The translations under genes were made by a program, and so were the position numbers. 6,559 nucleotides of DNA from Amoeboradix gromovi X-113. Its lineage: Eukaryota; Fungi; Sanchytriomycota. The number at the start of each line of letters is the position of its first letter. Within the stretch, counting starts at the first letter, position 1. The stretch is from contig JADGIF010000569.1 of the NCBI GenBank assembly GCA_018985225.1, forward strand, positions 1-6,559. The letters are read 5' to 3'. The notes beneath the pieces were generated by a model that worked only from the letters and a program-made list of their open reading frames with translations, had not been told where the DNA came from and made no database searches. Below are positions 1 to 6,559 of this stretch, piece after piece.

Positions 1-69
1 AGCCAGTTCCTCAACGTTGAAGAATGTATGCTGTACCTGTTAATTATTTATTTAGAACTGATTTACCAT
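1..69 (-). CDS. Possible 5' end of a gene running off the left edge: ATG (69..67), 30-nt intron (66..37), exon 36..1, giving MVQHTFFNVEELA...; product unknown
   Basis: Minus strand reads ATG|GTAAATCAGTTCTAAATAAATAATTAACAG|GTA CAG CAT ACA TTC TTC AAC GTT GAG GAA CTG GCT. The unspliced frame hits TAA after 4 codons; the spliced frame is open to the window edge. Only 13 codons are visible, so support is weak. Confidence 0.35.
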
Positions 70-331
70 TTGCAAAGATAAAGAATATCTAGTGTTTAAG
101 CTATTAGAAAAATCTGGAAAAGTCTTGAAATGATACAAAAATATATACAAATTCGCGATAAATGATTTATTCAAGAAAATAGTCAAGCTGCTTGTAGATT
201 GGCATTTTTCAGCTCAGTTTTCACCATTAGTTTAGTGTTTGGACCGCCGTTGCCAATAAATTCAGCATGACTTGGCAATTCGCACTGGCGAGTATTGTTG
301 TTCCACAAACAAAAAGGGCGATTTATAACTT

Positions 332-342
332 TATATAAAAAG
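332..342 (+). promoter_or_regulatory. Candidate TATA box for the carboxypeptidase gene
   Basis: TATATAAAAAG ends 30 nt upstream of ATG 373, with an initiator-like TCAGT at 367..371. The AT-rich background makes a chance match possible. Confidence 0.3.
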
Positions 343-372
343 GCAAACATCACTATCTTGCCGTATTCAGTA

Positions 373-1642
373 ATGATGCTAAACTTGTTATCGGTCTGCT
401 TGTTTGCTAAGAGCTTTGACGGATATGTCTTGTACAAGGTTTTAAATCCATCTGTTGAATTAGCTGAGGAACTAAATCAATCCTACGATGTTTGGAGTAC
501 CAATAAGGATTATCTGGAGGTTTTCATGCCATCTACTGAATTCAAATCGTTCGATGTTCAGCAATATGAGATTGTCAATAGTGAAATTCCAGATCTCATC
601 CAGAAGGAATCTACCAGATTAAAAAGAAGAAAGAGATTCAAAAAGCCATCTCCCCAAGAGCCCTCTGAGGTCTGGTTCGAAGAATTTTTTGGCGATTACT
701 CTTCATATAGTGAAATCAAAGAGTGGTACTTCAAATTATCCCAAACTTATCCAGACTTAGTTGAATTTGTTCCTTCAATTGGAAAATCTAACGAAGGCCG
801 AGACTTGTTTGCCATCCATCTTACAGCGCCTACACAAGAATCAAAGAAACAATTTTATTTTCAAAGCTTAATTCATGCTCGTGAATGGATTTCTGGTACA
901 ACTACAGCTTATATAACATGGAAATTAATTAACGGGTTTCTTGAAAATGATTCCAGAATTGTAAACATACTCAATAAGTCTGAATTTGTCATTGTTCCTG
1001 TTGTGAATCCCGATGGTTACGAGTACACTCATTCCAACAACAGAATGTGGAGAAAGAACACTCGAGTAATATCTAATAGAGTAGCTGGAGTGGTAATTGA
1101 TACTGATTTAGGATTTGAACAGAAACTTCCAAGATGGTCATTGGGGTCAGGGCGGTAGTTCAAGCAACCCAAGCAGTGAGACATACATGGGAACTGGGCC
1201 ATTCAGCGAGCCTGAATCTAAGTCGATTGATCAATATTACAGATCCTTGTGCTGCGTATCTGGTGCTATTGATTTTCACTCATACTCTCAGCTTATTCTA
1301 CGTCCATACGGATTCTCAAAAGCCGACTCCCCCAATGAACCAGAATTCAAAGAAGTCACTCAATTGATGAGCAGTACCATGAAATCCAAGTACAGCAAAT
1401 ACTACACCCCTCAAAAAAGCATCTCATTATACATTACAACCGGTACTGCCAGTGATTATTTTTACATCGCTAGACCTAACAGTGAATGGGTGTTTGCGCT
1501 AACCATCGAGTTAAGACCTAGCAATTCATTGGGAAGTGGTGGATTTGTGTTAAATCCTAGAGAGATATTGCCAACTGGCGAAGAGACATATGCAGGGGTG
1601 TTGGAAATGGTAGAATACAAAATAAACGCGGAATCCAAATAA
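373..1642 (+). CDS. Secreted zinc metallocarboxypeptidase, family M14A (pre-pro-enzyme), join(373..1092,1112..1642), 416 aa
   Basis: Motifs in the expected order (bovine CPA numbering): HAREW (Zn ligands H69, E72), VVNPDGYEY, WRKN (R127), GVDLNRNF across the splice junction (N144, R145), YMGTGPFSEPE, DFHSYSQ (H196), LYITTGTASDY (Y248), IELRP (catalytic E270). ATG 373 starts a hydrophobic leader MMLNLLSVCLFA, followed by a pro-region ending in a polybasic run. The TTG starts at 295 and 1115 in the ORF track are not the likely starts. Confidence 0.94.
1093..1111 (+). other. 19-nt spliceosomal-type intron, phase 0: GTAATTGATACTGATTTAG
   Basis: GT...AG ends, GTAATT donor, CTGAT branch-like motif at 1103..1107, TAG acceptor. 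Removal joins GGA GTG to GAT TTG AAC AGA AAC TTC (G-V-D-L-N-R-N-F) and fuses the two ORFs in frame. Confidence 0.9.
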
Positions 1643-1774
1643 ATAGACTTAAGACAAATTTACTAGAGTACCATTGAGCATTTTTAAACGAATCATTTTC
1701 TGCTTGATATATGCATGTGGCAATATATTAGTTTGAGATAACTTGGCGCCTATAACATGAACTAAAATCTAAAA

Positions 1775-2743
1775 CTATTTATTGAATGGTAGAGAATCCA
1801 TAAACGCATTATAATTACTTGCGTTATACTTCTCAGGCCTCTTTCTGCCTTGCATGTTATCCGTAGAATGACTTATCTTCACAACGGTACAATCAAAATT
1901 TAAGACTTTCTTAACCATCTCTTTGGGGATACCATCTCTTCCATGTAGCGCACCCATAATTCCTCCAACTATAGCTGCATTAGTATCTGTATCTCCACCT
2001 AGCATCAACACACGCTTGATTGACTCATAAAACGGAGTGTTTTGCCTTACAAAATAAAAACTTAAAGTAAACGCGTGCTTAACATGTCCCATATTGGCAA
2101 ATGCATTGTAACTGGCCAAGTTTATTGATTTGGAATCGTTAAACCATGCAGCAACGGTAGTATTACAATCAGAACTATTGATTTCTATTTCGGTTGCCTC
2201 TATACACTTTTTATAATCTCCAGGATTGCGGAGTAAACATTTTACAGCAAAACTGTAAATGTAGTTACATGATATCGTAACAGGATTTGCGTGAGATAGT
2301 AATGCGTCCCCTGTTGTCATGTTTTTTAACTCTTCATTTGAAAGTTGCGAACCATAGATAGCGAGTGGAATTATTCGCATCAAAGCACCATTTGCTTCTG
2401 AAGAGATCGCAGCTTGAGCGGCTTTCATCATATCTTTTGCATTTGAGAACCTGAACGCATTCCTGCATGTATTTCCAATATCAAATGGTTCTGTCAAATA
2501 CCAAGAATGATACGCTTTGGCTATTTCGTTTATATCGTACCCAGTTATCAAGGCAGATGCCAAAGATAGTGCCAATTCACTGTCATCTGTGATCTGACCA
2601 GGACCAACTGAATATGGCCCACCACCTGGCATATTCATGGCATTTATGGCCATAGTCTCATCTATGTCTCTTTTAAATTCTAGCGACGCACCGCTAGCAT
2701 CACCAACAAGGAAACCAAGGAAAGCCCCATGAGCGAACTCCAT
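1775..2743 (-). CDS. ADP-ribosylglycohydrolase (ARH/DraG family), about 322 aa, intronless
   Basis: Family motifs GFLVGDASGASLEF, GQITDDSELAL, ANGALMRIIP, LSHAN and GGDTDTNAAIVGGIMGALHG; the metal-binding TDD and DxDT motifs are intact. ATG 2743 is preferred because it directly precedes the first conserved helix; the upstream in-frame ATG 2794 (339 aa) cannot be excluded. Confidence 0.93.
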   Translation of the reverse strand: MEFAHGAFLGFLVGDASGASLEFKRDIDETMAINAMNMPGGGPYSVGPGQITDDSELALSLASALITGYDINEIAKAYHSWYLTEPFDIGNTCRNAFRFSNAKDMMKAAQAAISSEANGALMRIIPLAIYGSQLSNEELKNMTTGDALLSHANPVTISCNYIYSFAVKCLLRNPGDYKKCIEATEIEINSSDCNTTVAAWFNDSKSINLASYNAFANMGHVKHAFTLSFYFVRQNTPFYESIKRVLMLGGDTDTNAAIVGGIMGALHGRDGIPKEMVKKVLNFDCTVVKISHSTDNMQGRKRPEKYNASNYNAFMDSLPFNK

Positions 2744-3663
2744 GTTAGAGGAGATCTTGAATTGTGACCTTGTATCCAAGCACAGCAAGAGCATTGCGTA
2801 TATTTTACGTTATTGTTTTGTGATGCTAATATCAATCATTTGACGATGTAAAACTTTCCGAAATGCAAATGTTTAAAAATTTACTTGGAGTAAAAAATCA
2901 AAGCTTTGTATCCGAGGTAGTTAAGATAAAGTCCATCTTATGTTGCAGATATCATGACGATGAATGCAGCCACAAACTTACACTACCTAAAACAACTGTC
3001 AATAGTGTTTATCAGAGCTGTGCGATGGATATCAACTTTAAATAAACGTATTACACTAATTCGCATTCAAAATGATGGTGTACTTTTCAGAGTGTGCCCC
3101 AGGCTTTTTAACTTGAGGAGGATAGGGCTCGCAGACTTACTCTATCAATGGTAATGACATGATGGATTCATACCAGTTATCTAGTCAGCAGAGGCATACA
3201 TCAAGGTTACAAGAATTCAAGTCTCATTTCATTGTATTTGAACAAACATTGCACCATGAGTATACAGAAACAATTTGTTTGAAATTGATGAAGATAATTA
3301 CATTTTCATGTGAAAACTGCTATAATTGCGGCAAAATGTATAAATGAAACAAGCCATGAAATACAGGAAGGGCAACTGAGGTGTACAATAAGTAGTTGTA
3401 TTTTAATCAGTTTAAGTTTTAGTGGCACATCAGGCTAGGAAGTCTCTTTCTATTTGCTCAATGTGTAAACATTAAGAACCATCTTTCGTCTACTTAATGG
3501 ACCTTGAAGACTATGCATCGCTCTGCATCTCAACTCTAGTCTTCACTATTAAAGCTGAATTTGTACTTACGCTTTTTTTTAAAATGGTATCACCCTTTCT
3601 ATCAATCACACAGTGTGTAGAATGGACAAAAAGCCATTGATCATACACTTGTTCGTATTTTGT

Positions 3664-4659
3664 TTATCGACCGTCTTGACATGGAGCATTGGGACACTCA
3701 ATTTCCTTAATTATCACTTCTTCAGATATAAATTGAGAATTATTCAAAATTCTACGTTTATAACGTTCTGCTTCCCATTTGCAGTTAAATAGCTTTACCT
3801 CATGGATGTGGTCCTCAATGGTGGCACCATCCATTCTGTAATGTATTGCCAAGTAAAACGGTTTGTCACTTGTAGCCTCTGCATCCATATACAACCAATC
3901 AAATCCCAGAGTTAAATCTTCAACCACTTGTGTTGGAGTTAGAGAAAATTCGTCACCGCTGTCGGTTGAGATTTGCTGTTGCTGTACGTGAGAAGTTCTA
4001 ATTTTTATACAACGTTTAGTCGTATGAAATTTCTCTGCAACTATATGTAGTGGGATTGAATTTTCAAGATACCGCTTTAGCGCATTATCTTGCTCCAATG
4101 TCCAAACTTTAAGTTCCGGTGCAACTTCATCTCTATGCAATCCAACAAGAGTTTCTATTTTATCAATTTTCATGTTATTTTTTAAAAACCTCTTACCAAT
4201 GACTCTTTTTCTTGATCGAATAGAGCCTTTAGATCTATTTAACTCTTGTGAGATATGATTATCATCTTTTCCAAGTTTTACAAGTTCTAGAATTTGATTT
4301 TCTTCTTCTGAAGTCCATCTTTCCTTATGATTATACGAATCAATCACACCCTGATCGTTTGATACTTGTGAGGAAGTTATAATTCCTGAATCCAATGATA
4401 GGGAAGTTTGCAAATTCAATTTCTCATTGTGTTGAGACTCTATATCTTTTACATCCAATCCGGTTAATGTGGCAATTTCTTGCTTCTGGTTCCTCAGATA
4501 GTCTATTGCAATGGCCCTCTTTTCCCACTTTATACAACTGACAGATTTCCTTAATCTTTTGGCAATTTCATAATCGTCATTTCCTTGTTTAACGTACTTA
4601 AACAATGCATTTTGCTGTCCCTTTGAAAACTTTGATAGTTTGGCGGTTGTTGGTGCCAT
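3664..4659 (-). CDS. Hypothetical DNA-binding protein with three Myb/SANT-like helix-turn-helix repeats and an unknown acidic C-terminal region, 331 aa
   Basis: Uninterrupted 331-codon ORF. Repeats at aa 11-68 (FSKGQQNAL..G..DYEIAKRLRKSVSCIKWE..TGL), aa 115-174 (WTSEEENQIL..G..HISQELNRSKGSIRSR..VGL) and aa 186-222 (WTLEQDNAL..VAEKFHTTKRCIKIR). WTxEE/QD is the Myb-like helix-1 signature. Function is inferred. Confidence 0.78.
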   Translation of the reverse strand: MAPTTAKLSKFSKGQQNALFKYVKQGNDDYEIAKRLRKSVSCIKWEKRAIAIDYLRNQKQEIATLTGLDVKDIESQHNEKLNLQTSLSLDSGIITSSQVSNDQGVIDSYNHKERWTSEEENQILELVKLGKDDNHISQELNRSKGSIRSRKRVIGKRFLKNNMKIDKIETLVGLHRDEVAPELKVWTLEQDNALKRYLENSIPLHIVAEKFHTTKRCIKIRTSHVQQQQISTDSGDEFSLTPTQVVEDLTLGFDWLYMDAEATSDKPFYLAIHYRMDGATIEDHIHEVKLFNCKWEAERYKRRILNNSQFISEEVIIKEIECPNAPCQDGR

Positions 4660-5092
4660 AGTACGGTTTCAAATCTCTCCGTTTACTAAATCTAAAATTA
4701 GGGTTAAGATGGGCAAAAACAGGTATAAGCTGTTTATTGCTTTAAAATTTTGCAAACTACAACTGTTCTGAGCTTAGAGGATTGTTTCTTTTAATACTGC
4801 AATTATTATTTAACAGCAACTCTTCTCCATCGCTCACTAAAATTTCTATGACTTGAAAATTGTTATAACACATTAACGTATCGCTCCGCAACAATATGAC
4901 AGCCGATACATAGAAGTAATCTCAGAATCTACGAAATTGAAATGTTTTTCTACTCCACTTTCCCTTAGAACATGACCAAAATTTTCCGAATCTATTTCAT
5001 ATTTAAGATTGCTATTCAAGGAGCTCAAGTTGCTTATACTTTATTCACGGTAAGCATTTACAAAAGCGTTAACATATCTAATGCAGTTTTAC

Positions 5093-5866
5093 CTATTTAC
5101 TAAAAGTTAATCGCCGTTTTAATTCAGCAAGCCATCGTCTATAGAAAGGCAATTTCTCGTACTTCTTTTTGCTTTTTTTGTATAAATCTTGCAATTTGTT
5201 ACCCTTAATTTGTAAGTTTGATAATGATACTTCTGGAAGCACGCTTTCACAGTTTCTCATAACTGAATAAACTTTTTGTTGGTCTATTTTATAGCTTGCA
5301 AAGCTCGCGAGATTATACTTAACAATTGGACCACTTCTACGAGAATAACCATTATTACATATTCCTACAACTCTCTCAAACTCCTCATTACTAAGAACAT
5401 CGTAGCATTTATCAAGTACATTCTTAGTATCGTCACCATCTGGGTTCTCAATAGTTGCGGAGTACCATTTTTTGCAATGTCGAGTTAATGCAACTGATCT
5501 ATTTTTATCATCCTCCATTTCATGCAACTTTTTAATTTCCTCTCGTGTAAAAGAAGCCACGCAATGTGCCAAAGCGACTTCCACCAAGTTGCTAACGGTT
5601 TTGGGATTTCTATGAATCAGCTCATACCAAGTTCTACAATTTCTATTTTTAAAAAGCTCAGGAGGATTGTTGTTATATCTAAAATATTCCGCAATATCTA
5701 TAGCGTCTTCTACTTCATCAAATGCAAGTGTATCCTTACAGTTTTTAATGACAAAGTGAACATCAGAGAGGTGGACGGTCGTGCTCAGTTGGGATTTCAG
5801 AGATCTATAACGACGAATGCATGCATTCTGGATTCCATCTGCAAATAGTACAGAAGCGAGCAACAT
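5093..5866 (-). CDS. Hypothetical, probably secreted protein with four degenerate Cys-paired repeats and a basic C-terminus, about 257 aa
   Basis: Long ORF in AT-rich DNA. ATG 5866 begins a hydrophobic leader MLLASVLFA. Eight Cys alternate between CxxxY and CxxxL/F motifs. ATG 5926 (277 aa, basic N-terminus) is the alternative start. No family recognised. Confidence 0.75.
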   Translation of the reverse strand: MLLASVLFADGIQNACIRRYRSLKSQLSTTVHLSDVHFVIKNCKDTLAFDEVEDAIDIAEYFRYNNNPPELFKNRNCRTWYELIHRNPKTVSNLVEVALAHCVASFTREEIKKLHEMEDDKNRSVALTRHCKKWYSATIENPDGDDTKNVLDKCYDVLSNEEFERVVGICNNGYSRRSGPIVKYNLASFASYKIDQQKVYSVMRNCESVLPEVSLSNLQIKGNKLQDLYKKSKKKYEKLPFYRRWLAELKRRLTFSK

Positions 5867-5961
5867 TGAATAAGGAGAAATCAAGGAGTTATAATTAATC
5901 TTACGTTTTCGCTCATGACGTTTCATCTCTCACTTAATGTAAGCTTTTTATTTGGTCTCAC

Positions 5962-5980
5962 TTTATCGAGTCTTGATAAA
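5962..5980. repeat. Near-perfect 9-bp inverted repeat TTTATCGAG-T-CTTGATAAA
   Basis: Arms 5962..5970 and 5972..5980 are reverse complements with one mismatch; each arm carries GATAAA on one strand. Confidence 0.5.
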
Positions 5981-6040
5981 CAACAAATTCTAGTTGGTAC
6001 ACTGGCTCCAAGTATTAGCTCTAAGCCAACTTGATTTAAT

Positions 6041-6067
6041 TCCTCATTACAAGTCCTCATTTACAAG
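6041..6067 (+). repeat. Short tandem duplication TCCTCATTACAAG / TCCTCATTTACAAG
   Basis: Adjacent 13-nt and 14-nt copies differing by one T. Confidence 0.6.
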
Positions 6068-6559
6068 AAAATCAAGAATCCTAGAGAAAGTAAAAATGCT
6101 AGTCAGCACGTTACAGTAGTTACTCACGCTTGAACTGACCTAAGATGAGAGTGAGTAGGAATCGAACATTTCTGTTGCTGGACGATCTACTAAGCACAGA
6201 ACATTAAATTGTATATTTCATTAGTGATTTTTTAGATTTATTATGTTCTGGCAAGTAAAACCTGAGTCCTTTGATTAAGACGAGAAAAACGATTATCAAC
6301 ATTCTCCGCAATTAGAAAACTCTATGTAGAGAATATTTTGGAGCGATAAAATTTGCCTATTCACTATAAATCGTTTACTTAAAATCTCTAATTTCTTTTT
6401 AATATAAAAGTACCGCGTCGTCTTTTTACTATTTCTACCCTTTAAAATGTGGTGCAGTTTCATTTCTGCGGAATCCAACAAGAGATGGGACATGCTCTGT
6501 AAAAACTAGACTAGACAATTTATATCGAAATTTCAAAAATAAATATTCTGTACAGCTAT

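Noticed and set aside
295-372. N-terminal extension from TTG 295
   Set aside because: Non-ATG start in an intron-bearing gene; it would bury the hydrophobic leader and overlaps the TATA-like element.
1134-1367. 77-aa alternative-frame ORF
   Set aside because: Lies wholly within carboxypeptidase exon 2 and has no recognisable motif.
295-1642. Carboxypeptidase as two genes, a frameshifted pseudogene or a programmed frameshift
   Set aside because: A GT-AG excision restores the exact GVDLNRNF motif with no extra residues, all catalytic residues are intact, and there is no slippery heptamer at the junction.
2863-3347. Three short plus-strand ORFs (60, 66 and 62 aa)
   Set aside because: No recognisable motifs, and I could not join them with convincing GT-AG introns. 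A diverged gene or relic cannot be fully excluded without a homology search.
3285-3379. Box C/D snoRNA-like TGATGA...CTGA
   Set aside because: No terminal stem or recognisable rRNA guide; such short boxes are expected by chance.
3563-3572. U1 snRNA 5'-end-like TACTTAC
   Set aside because: Not followed by CTGG or U1 stem-loops; it is simply the reverse complement of a GTAAGTA donor-like sequence.
5276-5848. Plus-strand ORFs of 70 and 108 aa
   Set aside because: Antisense shadows of the 5093..5866 gene.
6296-6493. 65-aa minus-strand ORF
   Set aside because: K/I/L-rich composition typical of translated AT-rich non-coding DNA, with no motif.
1-6559. Prokaryotic operon or defence island, CRISPR array, transposon, or alternative genetic code
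   Set aside because: No consistent Shine-Dalgarno sites, repeat-spacer array, transposase or terminal repeats; a spliceosomal-type intron is present; conserved domains end at TAA/TAG and none needs stop reassignment.

Overview
AT-rich, gene-dense window that reads as eukaryotic nuclear DNA in the standard genetic code (long ORFs end in TAA/TAG), most plausibly a compact-genome fungus-like or protist organism; the taxon cannot be fixed from sequence alone. It holds four well-supported genes: a secreted M14A zinc carboxypeptidase (+, 373..1642), an ADP-ribosylglycohydrolase (-, 1775..2743), a protein with three Myb/HTH-like repeats (-, 3664..4659) and an unknown, probably secreted protein built from four Cys-paired repeats (-, 5093..5866). 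A fifth gene may start at the left edge. The strongest observation is that the carboxypeptidase, shown as two ORFs in the track, is one gene interrupted by a GT-AG intron of only 19 nt (1093..1111) whose removal restores the family motif GVDLNRNF. Other 25-37 nt intron-like elements, very short signal peptides and a shared start-proximal motif suggest miniaturised gene-expression signals. I see no rRNA, tRNA, CRISPR array or mobile element, and no demonstrable multi-gene system.
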